This document shows positions 33,154 through 45,753 of a stretch of DNA of 64,000 bases, one piece after another. A model generated the notes under the pieces. That model was not told where the DNA came from. It saw nothing but the letters and a program-made list of their open reading frames with translations, and searched no databases. The translations under genes were made by a program, and so were the position numbers. Position 1 is the stretch's first letter; the number at the start of each line of letters is the position of its first letter. Source of the DNA: Terriglobia bacterium (lineage in GTDB: Bacteria > Acidobacteriota > Terriglobia > 2-12-FULL-54-10); the NCBI GenBank assembly GCA_963666975.2, contig CAXVYR010000004.1, positions 1,440,001 through 1,504,000 on the forward strand. The letters are read 5' to 3'.

Positions 33154-34120
33154 TGCAACGCCCCGCCACGTAGAAATTCTCATCGCAAATTCCATACGAG
33201 CTGCTCGTCCGGATTCCGCAGGATGATCCTAATCAGGATTGAAAGGTATTAATACACGGTTCTCAAGAGGGGATAAACCAGACCAGCATACACATGCCAT
33301 GTTTACAAGTCAACTGTATTTTTGGTCGTAGCCCATTATTTTTTTTGAGATTATCCTTCAGAATGGATAGGAGAAAAGCTTCGGATCACCGCTCTATGGT
33401 GAAGTACTCAATTGTTTTTCATACCTACCCGCATAGTGGTAAATAATTCCCCTTTTTTCTCTACAAGGAACACCTGGTTCAGCAAGCGCAGCTTTGTTTG
33501 CAGTAGGTTAGCAATAGTATTATTTGGCAAAGTAGTTGCCTATATATCAAGTGGAGGTGTGCCTCTGTATGAGGGTTTCTGCGGAAAGTAACTGCACATT
33601 AAGTTACGATGGGAAGGGCAAGATTACTTCTTCCTAACCAGTGTTAACGGTTGTGCTGGCGGGTGTGCAGACGGCTTCAAGTGAACGGGCTTCCGCTTAG
33701 AAATTTTTCGCCTTGAAATAAGCTTGCGCAGCGCTCCGCCAAAAGAACCGGCCGCCATAGTCAAGTGGCTCAGAGTCAAGAATTTTTACGATTTTAAGCT
33801 AGAGTAGGCAGTAGTAGAGGGAGTATTAAAGTTATCCAGTCCGGGAGGAGCTTGCCCCGCTTTGAGCCGGAATCGTCTTCTGTTAGGAGAAGAAAATACG
33901 GGTTGAGGCGGTTGTTTCCTTTGACATACTTTGCCGTTAAAGCAAGTGAGTGATTGCTCTTTTCTGAGATAAGCAATTCTGTGCTGTTGTATTTTCCTTT
34001 CCCCTCCAAACTAAAGTGACTTTCTCGTTCCAAATAAGGAAGCTGTCGTGGTAGGATTCAAACTGTTTTCCGCAGCCCCCTAAAGAATCGGCGGAAGTTT
34101 GGCTTCTTAAACTTAAGAGC

Positions 34121-35985
34121 ATGCAAAGCCGTAGCAGAAAAGGAAAGATCGGTCCCAGGCGTCTCTCGGCATGGACCTGGCTTTTACTGCTGGGCGGTTT
34201 GCCGTTTTTGTGGCTGGCCAATTTTGCCGCAGCCCAGCAACAGACGCCTTCCAGCCTTCCGGGGCAAAGCGGCCCTGCCACATCCTCCCCCACAACCGAA
34301 CAGACAGCTTCAGAAACTCCGGCTGTTGAATTACTCAGCAAAGTCCTCCTCCGGCTTCCACGAGTTACGGCACAGGAACCACCGCCGGCAATCTCCAATT
34401 CGTGGAAGTGCGAGCGAGTTCGAATCTGGCGCGGATTACCGGCCCGGCCCGCGAGCGATCTTTTTTGACCGACGGTAACAACCATGCCATCGATTTTAGC
34501 TACCTGGAAGATTTCACCCGCGGCATGCACCGGCTGGAAGTAAATTCCGTGTTGCGCTATACCGACGACATCCGAACGGACCCGGAGCGCAACAGTGTCC
34601 AGCGCGCCTATTTCCGCATCAACGGCCCCCGCTCCGAATATAACTTCGGCGACTATCTGGTGAACTATTCCAGCCTCACCTACAACCAAAACCTCAAAGG
34701 GTTCCATTTCATTCAGAGCGCCCCCTGGGGGCAGGGATTCCGTCTGCTGGGCAACGCCGGGACATTTACCGACCGTTATGGTTCCCTGTTTCGCGAAGAA
34801 CTGCCGGGCAAGCCTTTCACCAGGGTGGTGAGCGGGCTCCGGGCAGAGCAAACGATCGACCGGGATAAGATGATCGCGCTCAATTGGTCTTACGGAAACG
34901 ACATCGCCGGTTCCCTTCCGGGCACCACAACTTTTCGCCCGGTGGTTGCCAATAATGTGGCGAGCTTGGATGCTCGGATGACATTCTTCAACGCCTGGAA
35001 TCTGGAAGGGGAGATAGCCTATAGCAGCCTGAGTCGGGATACCCGGAAGAGGATTGGAAATCGCAAGAACAAGGACTATGCCTTGCGGTTTGATAACTCG
35101 GTGCGGTTTGATAACTCGGTTCGCAAGGGACCCTGGAACTTCAATGTCTATTTTACGCGGATTATGCCCTCCTTCTTTGCGGTCAATGCCCGCCAAGTGG
35201 CGGACTTGCAGGATCTCCAGGCCCGGGCGAGTGTGCAGCTGGGGGAGCGGGTCTCCTTGCAGGGCAGCTATCGGCGCACCAATAATGACTTGCGGGGGCA
35301 AAACCGCAGGCCGGAGACGGTCTTCCAGATGCCCGATGTGCGCCTCAGTTTGCGGGTTGTAGGCAACACGCTGATCGACATGGGATACAAGGAGCGGCAC
35401 CAGGACCAGTTCGGCTCCGCTGACAGGGTAACCCAGACGCCGTTTTTCCAAATCGGCATTCCGATCTCCTCCAGCGTGCTCAGCTTTGGTTTCGAGCACC
35501 GTATCCATCTGGATCGGCTGGTGCGATCGAATCAGACTTCCAGCAACGATTTCTCGGTGGGATTCCGCAGCATCTTTAACGCCGGGGATTGGATGTTCAC
35601 TCCGCTGCTGCGCTATGAACTCAACCGGGAGATTTTTGACCGTGTGGACACCGGCAACAACAATCGCAACATCCAGGCCGGACTGATTCTAGATGCTCCC
35701 CGGTATTTCGTTTTTGAAGCTATGTTCCGCCAGGTGGGTGCGACTTTATTCCAGGACCGCCGGGTGCTTGATCCCAATGGGCTTCCGGTATTCGAGGTGA
35801 CCGGCCCCAGCGGCTTCCGCCGCCCGGCGTTTCACCTGGCCGTCACTTACAAGCTGCTCAATGACGAAAATCGGTTCATTACTCTGAGTTACGAGCGCAA
35901 CAACAACCTGTTTGCCTTGCCGGGACAGGATTTTCTTGAGAAGGTCATGCAGGCGACTGTAGTTTTTCGGTCCCGGCGTCAATAG
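34121..35985 (+). CDS. Probable outer-membrane beta-barrel protein, 1-bp frameshift near 34401
   Basis: Signal peptide in ORF 34121; alternating aromatic/polar beta-strands in ORF 34402; in-frame 18-bp duplication at 35084-35119. Confidence 0.7.
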
Positions 35986-35987
35986 CC

Positions 35988-38388
35988 ATGTGGGTGATAC
36001 AAAAATTCGCGGCAGATTTCCTGGGACTGTTCCGGGCCGGCGGCTGGCGGGCTCTGTTCGGCTCTCTCCGGTCGCACCGCAATAGTTTGGCCATCTGCTT
36101 GGCCGTCACGCTCCTGGGATTTGGCATATGTTTCCATCAATTTTTCCCGCAGTCTCCGCTCCGCGTTTGTTTTCCTGGACAATGTGGAAGCCCGTTCCCT
36201 CGATGCGCGATTCCAATTTCGGGGGCCCGTGCCGCCGGGCGAGGAGATTGTGATCGTGGCTGTCGATCAGAAAACCATCGACCGGCTGGGATGGCCCTTC
36301 CCGCGCGCCCACTACGGGCGCATGCTACAGACGTTATCCGCCGATGGAGCACGCGTGGTTGGCTTCGATATGGCGTTCCCTTTCCCGGACCGCAGCAGCG
36401 GCGCGGACGTGCTATCCAAACTGGAAGAGGAATACCGGCAGAGTCACGGCTCTCGTTCCCAGGATGCTTTCCTTGAGCGTTTGCGGCTGCTACGGGAAGA
36501 AACCGACAGCGATGCCCAGTTTGCCAAAGCCATTGAAGAGGCCGGCAACGTGGTGCTGGGGCATCTGTTTTTTTACCAGCGCGCCGGGATTGAACATTTA
36601 CCCCCGGAACAGATCGAGGAGTACTACGAAGTGCTGGCTTTTGAGGCCTACCCCCAGTGGCGCAAGCTGGAAGTTTCCGAAAACGCTTCGGGAAATCAGT
36701 ATCCGTTTTATTTGGAGTCCCCGGTTGCCGTTGCCGTGGAGCCGAACCTTCCCGTTTTTGCCTATGCCGCCGAAAGCTATGGCGCGTTCAACTTCGAGGC
36801 TGACAATGACGGCACGTTCCGGCGCGCGCCCCTGATCTTTTCTTACAGCGATCCCAACCTCCCGGAGATCGAGGAAGAGTTCTATCCCTCCCTGGCCGTG
36901 CAAATAGCCCGGCTCTATTTAGGAGCGGGTCCCCAGGAAACCGTACTCTGGTTTGCCCCCAACGGACCGGAAAAGATTGAGATGGGCGAGAAAGAGATTC
37001 ATCCCGATGTGTCCGGGAAGGCTTTGATCAATTTTGCCGGGCCTAGCCAGACTTACCCGCATTACTCGTTCGCCGATGTCGCCGACGGCCTGACTCCCCA
37101 GGGCGCCTTCCGCGACAAAACAGTCTTGGTGGGAGCAACGGCCATGGGAATCGGGGACATGAGGCCCACGCCGTTTGAAAAGCAGGGGTATCCGGGCGTG
37201 GAGATCCACGCCAACGTCGTGGACAATATCCTCAACGACAAGTTCCTGCGCCGGGGCCTCAGCGAGGAGATTACGGACCTTGGGGTGCTGCTATTTTGCG
37301 GCCTGGTCATGGGTCTGCTCTTCGTTCTGGTGCGCCCGCTGATTTCGACCCTCCTGTACGGACTGGCTGCCGCGGGTTTGCTGACCTTCGTCTATTACCA
37401 TTTCGCCGTCAACGGGCGCTGGCTGTCGCTGGTCCTGCCTGCCGGCACTCTTTCTTTGAATTACCTGGGCGTCATCAGTTATCGGCTTCTGTTTGAGGAA
37501 AAAGAAAAACGCAAGGTGCGCGGCGCCTTCAGCCAGTACGTCGCGCCAGGCTTCATCCGGCAGATTCTAAAGGACCCGGGAAACCTGAAATTGGGGGGCG
37601 AAGAGGCGGAGCTGACCGTGATGTTCAGTGACATTCGGGGCTTCACCTCAATCTCGGAGAAGCTCACTCCTCCGGAGCTGGTGGAACTGCTCAACAACTA
37701 CTTGACGGAGATGACCGAAATTGTTTTTTCCAATCGCGGCACCCTCGACAAATATATTGGCGATGCGCTGATGGCCTTTTGGGGCCGGCCTTTTCTGGAC
37801 TTGCACGATCACGCCGCTCGCGCCTGCCAGGTTGCCTTGCAGATGGGAAGCAAGCTGCGCGAGATGAACAGCGTTTGGGTGAATCAGGGAAAGCCTCCGC
37901 TCCGGATCGGGATCGGGCTCAATACCGGTCCGGTGATGGTCGGCAACATGGGCTCGCGACGGCGCTTTAACTACACGGTGATGGGAGACCACGTGAACCT
38001 GAGCTCGCGCGTGGAGGGCCTGAACAAGGAATATGGCACCCAAATCATTTTGACCAAATACACTCACGATTCCGTGGCGGGCCAGTTTGTGACCCGCCCG
38101 CTGGACCTGATCCGGGTGAAAGGCAAGAACAAGCCGGTGACCATCTACGAACTGCTGGGCCCCGCCAGCGAGCAATCCCGTTATCAGCCGCTGTTGGGAG
38201 AGTTCCAGCAGGGGATGGACGCTTACAGGGCGGGAAAATGGGAGGCGGCGCTCGGAACATTTGAGGACCTTGCCGCGCGGCATCCCTCCGACGGCCCCAC
38301 GCAGGTATTTTTGAAGCGCTGCAAGAATTTCTTGAAGGAGGCTCCGGAAGACGTGTGGGATGGTGTCTACACCATGACCACAAAGTAA
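35988..38388 (+). CDS. CHASE2-domain class III adenylate cyclase, frameshift near 36120
   Basis: IVIVAVD..T...GWPFPR, GVEIHA, 3 TMs, FSDIRGFT, DKYIGDA, YTVMGDHVNLSSR. Confidence 0.9.
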
Positions 38389-38432
38389 ATCTATTCGACT
38401 GCCGTTTTCCGTGACGGTACTCCGGTAAAAAA

Positions 38433-41400
38433 ATGAAGAAGCGACTCTGGAACAATAGAAAACTATTCTTGATAAGCGGGCTGCTGGCGGCTCTGGCCCT
38501 GGTATCGGCGCATAAGGGGCTGGCTCAGCGGCCGGCGAGAGCCGGAGCCATCCGCGTGGTCCTGCAACCGGGCGAGGTGGCGCGGCAGAGAGGACCTCAG
38601 GTAGTCAGGTCCACTGCCACTAAAGGCTACCGGTTGTTCTACCAGGACGTGATGGAAACGGGCCAGGGCGGCCGCATGCGCGCGCGGCTGGACGATGGCT
38701 CCATTCTCGCACTGGGGCCGCAATCTCGACTGGAGGTTGTGGAACACAACGCGGAATCGCGGCAATCCACTTTCCAACTGCAGTACGGCAAGGTCCGGTC
38801 ACAAGTGATTCAGCTGACCCAACCTGATTCGCGGTTCGAGGTCCAAACCAACACTGCAGTGGCTGGAGTCCTGGGAACGGATTTTGTGGTGGACGCCTTC
38901 AACCCGATTGCCACGCTGGTGCTTTGTATTGATGGACTGGTGTATGTCAGCAATATCGACCCGGCCGTGGCCGGCACGGTGACTCTGAATGCGGGAGAGC
39001 TGACCATTGTGCAGCAGGGCCTGCCGCCCCAACCAGCGCGGACGGCGACAGCCGAAGAGATGGAGGCTGCTCTGGAAGGGTCGAGCGGGATCGCGCCCCA
39101 GGCGGTGGCCGATGTTGGAACCGGCTTTGTGACGGCCGGAGAGGAGCTGGTCCTGGACGCGACGGATTCCTTTGTGACCGGCACGGTTGCCAGCTATCAA
39201 TGGACTATTATCCAGGCAGGGAACAACCAGACCATTTACAACCAGACGCAGAGCGATCCGCTGTTGATATTGGATACGACCACGTGGCAACCCGGCAACT
39301 ACAATGGCACTTTGACGATTACAACCGACAACAACGAGACTGCATCGGCGAACTTTGGGTTTGTGGTGCTGCCGCCCGCCTTTGCTAATACGAACCCGGA
39401 GGAAGTTATCCAGCAACTGAAGCTGGCCTATGAGACGCTCCAACCCACTGAATTCATGAAACTGTTCGACCCCGAAAAGTACGTAGGCTATGCGGCGCTT
39501 CAGGAGGCCGTGGAGACGTCGTTCCGGAACCTTTCCCAGAGCCGGGTGTTCGTGCGCAAGGCCAGTGGCCAAGTAATGGAGCAGGGGAATATGGCGATCT
39601 ATCAGGTGGACTTCGAGATCCAGTTCAGCACGAAGGCGCAGCCGGACGAACACTTTGTCGTGCAGGAACAAGTGACTTTGCGGATGGAGTCCGGCTCGGG
39701 CTGGCTCATCAGCGATGTTCCCCAGGGGTCGTTGGGGTCGGCGGGGTTGCTGGCGGTCCCGGGAGTGAATGACCCGACCCAAGTGAACACGGCCTCGAAG
39801 AAAGTGACGACGGGAATCGGGAACCAGGTGGTGGCGACACCAGGAGCGGACGGCGGAGGGGAAGTCCTGGTCAACGACTCCGACTCCGACATCACTGTTA
39901 TTTTCCTCCTGTCGGACGGAAGCACGCAAAGCTTTGACATCCCCAGCGGTGAAAGTCTTGACCTTAGTGACCTTATTTTCGAGGCTGCACCAGGGGTGCC
40001 ATCGGGGACGGAGACAATTTCGACGACCATAACCATCGGGGACAGCACCGTGCCGGGACCCGATATCACCGTAACCCTAACGGAACCAGAACCGGAGCCA
40101 GAACCAGAACCAGAGCCGGAGCCAGAGCCAGAACCGGAACCAGAACCGGAACCAGAGCCAGAACCAGAACCGGAACCAGAGCCAGAACCAACGGTGGAGG
40201 TAATAGCAGGCGAGGGCGGCGTAGGGGAAACCTTGGTCAACAACTCCGACTCCGACATCACTGTTACTTTCTTCCTGCCGGACGGAAGCACGCAAAGCTT
40301 TGACATCCCCAGCGGTGAAAGTCTTGATCTTAGTAACCTTATTTTCGAGGCTGCACCAGGGGTGCCATCGGGGACGGAGACAATTTCGACGACCATAACC
40401 ATCGGGGACAGCACCGTGCCGGGACCCGATATCACCGTAACCTTAACGGAACCAGAACCGGAGCCGGAACCAGTGCCGGAACCAGAGCCAGAGCCGGAAC
40501 CAGAACCGGAACCTCCTCCGGTGGACTTCATCCTTTCGCTTACACCCAGCACGCAACAGCAGGTGAATGCCAACATTCCCGTGGTGCTCCAGGCGGAAGT
40601 TGTGCCGCAGTCGGGGCATTCAATTTGCCGGTCACCGTGACGGTTACGGACGGAAACCAGATACAATACGACCCCATCTGTGGCAACCCTCCCGGGTTTG
40701 TGTCTTATACCGGAACGGCTGGGGTTCCGGGCAGCGGAATCCTCACCTTCGTTAGCAGCCCTCCCTATTCACCGGCCAGTTTCTGTGTGTCGGCGGGGCA
40801 GGGGTCTTCCAACTTCGATTCAGGCGTGGACTCGATTACGATCAGCGGCGCCGCTGGCAGTCAAAGTGTCCTTCTGGCTCACAGCTTCCAGATCGGCGTG
40901 CCGGAGATAGCAGTAACTTCAGTCACATTTTTCACTAATCCCTTTAACTGCTTCGGTGACCCGTGTACGTTCGATATCGCCGTGAATTCGATCTCGGGTT
41001 TCAACCTTCCCGCCACTGTTTTCCTCACGGGCCCCGGGAGTTTCATCAGCGGAAGCGGACCTGTCCTGAGCCCGTTGCCGGCGGAACTGTCCAGCGCGGA
41101 TTGTGGCCCCGAATCCGCTGGGAAGGTCGTGACGCCGGGCGGCTCTACGGTCTGTACGATCATAAACACCGCGCAGGGTGGTTTCAGCGGATCCAGAGAT
41201 GTGGAAGTGTTCGCCACCTTCGGTCCCGGCTCCGCGGCTATTCATAACTTTCAGGTTTTTGGGCTAGACTCCTGCCGGTCCAATTCGGGTTGCGGCGCCG
41301 TCCTGCAGAGTGACGCAGAACAAAGCTTCGGCAAAACCGCGCTTGGCTCCGGCCTGCCGAGTCTGACGATCTCACCCTCTGCAATTCAGTTTTCTCCGCT

Positions 41401-42280
41401 GCTGCCCAGGGAGGGCGACAAGGTCCGCATCCGGGCGCGAGTGGAGAATCAAGGAGATGGTGACGCCGTCAACGTGGCTGTCGCTCTGGTGGTGAACAAA
41501 CGGACCGTGGCCACCGAGTACGTGGACATTTCCGCCAATAGTTCGGAGGCCGTGGAACTGGAATGGGAGGCGTCGTTTGACCTGCGCCTGAGCGTGGCCA
41601 TCTCCGTCGATCCGGAAGGCCGAATTCCGCAAGAGGGGAACCTGCTCCGGATTGCTGCCGTTCCCAACCTGATCGTGGAGCCTTCCTTTTCCGCCTTGCC
41701 ACTTCAGGGGAGGTCCCTGGTGGTGGTGCCCAACGGAGAATGTGCCGGATTCCGTTTCTTGAACGGCACGCAATCGTTTTGTGGCGGCAACTCCGACTTT
41801 GAATTGAGCCCCGCCATTACAGCCGACGGGCAACTCCTGACGCAAGTTCTCGCTCTAACAGGGGGGGTCATTGATCTGGGGCCGCGACCGATCACAGGCG
41901 TTATGGCAGTCCCGGAAGCGGGATATCAGATCCGGACCGTGCTCCAAAGCGGGCACCTGTACGCGGTGGAGAGCAATCGGAAATACGCCTTGTTGTACGT
42001 GGCGAACATTCAATCGAATATCGACCCCCGCCTGGCTCAGCTTGCCGGGGACGGCGGTTCCGAGCCGCAAACCAGTTCAGGGGAACTGGCTGAGCTTTTC
42101 GAGCCGGACCTGCTGGAGAGAATGCTCGATCAATCCCTGATTACGGTGGATTTCCAGTGGGTCTACCTGGAAAATGGGTCCCGGCACTTTCAATATGGCT
42201 TTGCGGCCGGGGGCGGACGGGTGCCCCGTCCCTATGTTTTCCGCCAGCCCCGAGTGCCGTCCACGGCCCTGAAGCAGTAA
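38433..42280 (+). CDS. Giant FecR-domain exported protein (FecR, PKD-like, NTF2-like, EP repeats, CARDB-like), frameshift near 40617
   Basis: LDDGS.L.LG.QS.L and [17 protein letters not shown]; restoring one G in tcggggcattc joins ORFs 38433 and 40625. Confidence 0.8.
39866..40512 (+). repeat. Intragenic duplicated module (offset 366 bp) with (Glu-Pro)n tracts
   Basis: [10 protein letters not shown]...PDITVTLT occurs twice; EP hexamer tracts at 40083-40190 and 40449-40512. Confidence 0.9.
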
Positions 42281-42316
42281 CCACGCCAGCCGGGCAGAGA
42301 AAGGCAGAGGTGTGAA

Positions 42317-42814
42317 ATGAGATTGGGAATATGGCTCATGCTTGTCCTGCTGATTGGGGTGATGACTGCTCCGAATCCAGCGGACGCAGCGGGCAGGAGA
42401 ATCTGGAATAGCCAACGGGCGGCAGGCGAGGAAGAACCGGCTAAAAGAGAAAATCCAGAACGGGCCATCACGCGATTGATCCGGCAAATGCAGATGGACC
42501 TGGAGGGCTCTTCCAGCCGGGGATTTCTGGGGAATATCAATTCCGCCAAGTTTGACGACTATCCCCGCTTTGAGGACATGATCGAGCGGCTGACCCGCGA
42601 AAACATTCTTCGAGTTTACTTCCGTCAGGTCAGCAATTCCATCCAGGGAGACAATGCCCAAACGATTATCGATGCGGAATTGGAGATGGCCCGGAAGAAC
42701 TCCCCCGCCCGGTTACAAAGGCGCCGCCAGCAGGTGGTCATCGACTTTGAACGAACCAGCAGAGGCTGGAAAATTATTAATATTACACCCCGCGGATTTT
42801 TTAGCCCCCTATAG
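42317..42814 (+). CDS. Exported NTF2-like-fold hypothetical protein
   Basis: Signal peptide; helix then strands ending FERTSRGWKII. Confidence 0.55.
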   Translation: MRLGIWLMLVLLIGVMTAPNPADAAGRRIWNSQRAAGEEEPAKRENPERAITRLIRQMQMDLEGSSSRGFLGNINSAKFDDYPRFEDMIERLTRENILRVYFRQVSNSIQGDNAQTIIDAELEMARKNSPARLQRRRQQVVIDFERTSRGWKIINITPRGFFSPL

Positions 42815-43589
42815 CTCCGACGGAAACGCTAGGACCGGGTTGCCCATCGCCATACCCGTCCCGCAAGGTTCAGGTGGCTTGAATTTCCTCCCCCGGCATG
42901 TAGAGATCTTTTTCCGGTTGTAGTTGCACCTCGACATGCAGCCCGTAGGGAAGCGGCGGAGAAATCAGGCGAATCGGGAAGATGTAAGCCTTGACCTGTC
43001 CACGGTTGTTGGTCCACTTTCTATGTGAGTCCATACGCCGTGGCAGCCGAGTGGAGCGGAACCCGGCGCCGCCGGCTCACATGCAGGACAGCCCGGTACT
43101 ACCGGTGGTCCCGCCATGCGGGATAGAGAAACTGCTGGAGCGCCCTGCCTCCCTTGGCAACAGAAAAGGGAGTTCGAACGAAGAGTCATGGTCTGAAGGA
43201 GAAGATCGAATAGAGGAATGGTGGCAGCAAAGTTCACCGTAAGATTCCAGGAAACGAGCCGTGGTCGCAAACCGCAACGGCGTTTTGCTGATAGGATCAA
43301 GCCCCAAAGCGCGGAGGCTTGGTCCAGCGATGATTGCGCAGATCCTTCCGCAGCATCAAGGGTCACGATGAACGGTCCGACAAAAAACCTCGGCCCCCCC
43401 TTGACCCTGCTCCTGGCTTACTACGCTACTGGTGCCTCTTGACAACGCCGACGCCGTTATAGACGGTCTAGGATTTTTTCCGCCTGGACCCCAAAACGCC
43501 GCGCAATGGGGAGGTTTTCATCGAAGAGCCGAGATGCTTTCTGGCAGGCAATCCGACTTGGCCACGCTGTAATTTTTCAAAATAACTTT

Positions 43590-44507
43590 TCAACGATGGC
43601 TGTATAAAAGCTCTTCCTCAAATGACATTTGGGATTGAGCCAATTTCATTTTCTCTGCCAGCTCGGAAAGTTGTTCATCCGGAGCAGCCACAAACAGATC
43701 GGCGTAGAGCGTTCCTTCATCCTCATAATTCCTGGTACTGATTCCCCTGTCGTGCAAGAGGCGGCGCACGCTGCTTTGCTCCGCTTTATCGACAAAGTTC
43801 CGCTGAGGCAGCCGAATACCCGGCACGGAAGTCAAACAGAGTCCCGCCCGCTCGAAAGCGCTGACGATGGGGCCAATTTCAAACATGCGCAGGATCGAAA
43901 TCACAGCCAAGGGACCAAAGCCATCCGGGTGATCCTGCCCCAGATGCGGAAGCACCTTGGATAATGTAGTTTCCGTAACGTACCCGATTGCACCGGTGCT
44001 CACTAGCAGATTGCAGGAGCGAAACCACTTCAGATCTGTTTCTGTTGGATGGGCATCCGGATCCTCCAGGTTGCGCCCAATCCCCCCATCCAATAGCCCC
44101 GCATCGAGTCCGAATTGAATCGCCGGAGCAGCACTGTCCATGCCAACGCACCGCATATCCCTAGCCGGAGGGATGATATTAAGCCACTTCCGCATTGCCG
44201 CACAGCACGATGAATAATCCATCGGCGCCCGTGAGGCAAAAAATGAAACAATCTCGTCAAACGAACATCCATGCCTGACAAACGCTGAACCCATACCGTA
44301 GGAACAACCCACATCCAACATCTGCAAAGGCCAAGCTTCGGCATTCCGCTCCTTTAGAAGCTCCGCCGCCGCAATGCAATATGGACGTGTCCGGTCTCCG
44401 ATTTGATAGTTGTGTAAAGCCATACTCCTGACGTAGTCGTGAGGTGTCGGCTGTACGTAGGCATCATCAAAGTTGGCTTTTGCTTTGTTTTCTGTACGAT
44501 AGCTCAA
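43590..44507 (-). CDS. Class I SAM-dependent methyltransferase-like protein
   Basis: MLDVGCSYG motif I, GMDS, TGAIGYV. Confidence 0.75.
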   Translation of the reverse strand: MSYRTENKAKANFDDAYVQPTPHDYVRSMALHNYQIGDRTRPYCIAAAELLKERNAEAWPLQMLDVGCSYGMGSAFVRHGCSFDEIVSFFASRAPMDYSSCCAAMRKWLNIIPPARDMRCVGMDSAAPAIQFGLDAGLLDGGIGRNLEDPDAHPTETDLKWFRSCNLLVSTGAIGYVTETTLSKVLPHLGQDHPDGFGPLAVISILRMFEIGPIVSAFERAGLCLTSVPGIRLPQRNFVDKAEQSSVRRLLHDRGISTRNYEDEGTLYADLFVAAPDEQLSELAEKMKLAQSQMSFEEELLYSHR

Positions 44508-44926
44508 TTAATATCTCCTGGAAGATTTCACGCTCTCGCGGAGCCGCGCGTGCCAATCTCTAAATATTAAAACTGAGGTGACGTCTGGCCGGGCCGAAAT
44601 GCTATACCAAACAGCGGAGCGTTTATACCGCAGTTAAGCGGCTGTGAATATGACTATAGTTCAAGGAAAGGGCTCCGAGCCACTTTCACCTGCAGGACTC
44701 TGTATCTCGCTAGCGCTATGTTGGGTGCTCGGGCTAAACGCCACGTTGTTTCCCCTCACTGCATTGAGAATATTGGAAAAAGCCTACACGATTGGGGAGG
44801 ATAAAGCAAAAGCAATTGGCGACAGGGACAAACAAATTGACCAAATTCTCTATTAATAGGCCTAGAGCTACTCATTCTATATCCAGGCGGAACATTACAA
44901 ACGGGCCGCTTTCTTGGAAAGGAGGG

Positions 44927-44971
44927 GGCGGGTTACTTGTAATGTATTCAATAACATCCAAGTAACCCGCC
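44927..44971. terminator. Strong intergenic hairpin
   Basis: ggcgggttacttg ... caagtaacccgcc perfect 13-bp inverted repeat. Confidence 0.5.
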
Positions 44972-45032
44972 GTTTATGGAAGGGGCCAGGAAGCGTGTCC
45001 TGGAAATGGCGGGTCTGTCGAAGATCTAAAAC

Positions 45033-45413
45033 TTAAAACAAACTGGAGGCGTGCGCCTCAGTCGTCTTATCCATCCAAGCCAAGACCTCATGCATGATCA
45101 TCTGGGAGTCTTTTTCGTCTTGCTCGTCTTGCGGAGCTATCCTCGCCGGGCTGTGACTTTTGGCCGCTCCGGCTTTGACGGGCAGATGTGCCTCGGGTGC
45201 TGAAGAGGCATGGACCCTCTCTTCTGCCTGTTTACAATAATTTTCTAAGTTCTCAAGCAGACATTTCCTGCTGCAGAACTGCGCATCACGGTCACTCCAG
45301 TAATATAGGAATTGCACAATCTGAACGGTTCCTTCAGCCCGGTTACTTCGCAGTTCCCACCAATACTCTTCGAAAGCCTTATCCTTACCGCACCTTCTGC
45401 AGAGAACTGTCAT
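45033..45413 (-). CDS. Small hypothetical protein with CxxC...FCSxxC zinc motif
   Basis: CRRC and FCSRKC. Confidence 0.5.
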   Translation of the reverse strand: MTVLCRRCGKDKAFEEYWWELRSNRAEGTVQIVQFLYYWSDRDAQFCSRKCLLENLENYCKQAEERVHASSAPEAHLPVKAGAAKSHSPARIAPQDEQDEKDSQMIMHEVLAWMDKTTEAHASSLF

Positions 45414-45451
45414 GTCTGTACCTCCGAACTAAATCTTCAATCAAAACGTCT

Positions 45452-45753
45452 ACTGGGTCCCTTTCCAGGCCATTCCGTTTAGCTTTTGGCAGGCCCTGCT
45501 GGCTATAGCCACTTGCTAATTCTCCGGCGACACGCTTCGCCTTGTTGCCCATCGGAATGACCCTCATCAGTTCCTCCAGCGTGGCCTCAGAATGCTTTGC
45601 CGTCATCAACTGGGTCCCTTTCCAGGCCATTCCGTTTAGCTTTTGGCAGGCCCTGCTGGCTATAGCCACTTGCTAATTCTCCGGCGACACGCTTCGCGCA
45701 TGACCCTCATCAGTTCCTCCAGCGTGGCCTCAGCATGCTTTGCCGTCATCAAC
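45452..45753. repeat. Imperfect tandem duplication (offset 157 bp) splitting a small ORF
   Basis: 45452-45540 recurs at 45609-45697; 45558-45610 recurs at about 45699-45753. Confidence 0.9.

Noticed and set aside
33937-35508. 523-aa minus-strand ORF and other long antisense ORFs (18605-19717, 14235-15287, 38799-39929)
   Set aside because: Shadow ORFs of GC-rich genes with no recognisable motifs
39602-40666. Antisense (GS)n-repeat ORF
   Set aside because: Simply the reverse complement of the EP tract
42830-43580. Short ORFs between the NTF2-like gene and the methyltransferase
   Set aside because: No recognisable motifs, RBS or structure; left unannotated
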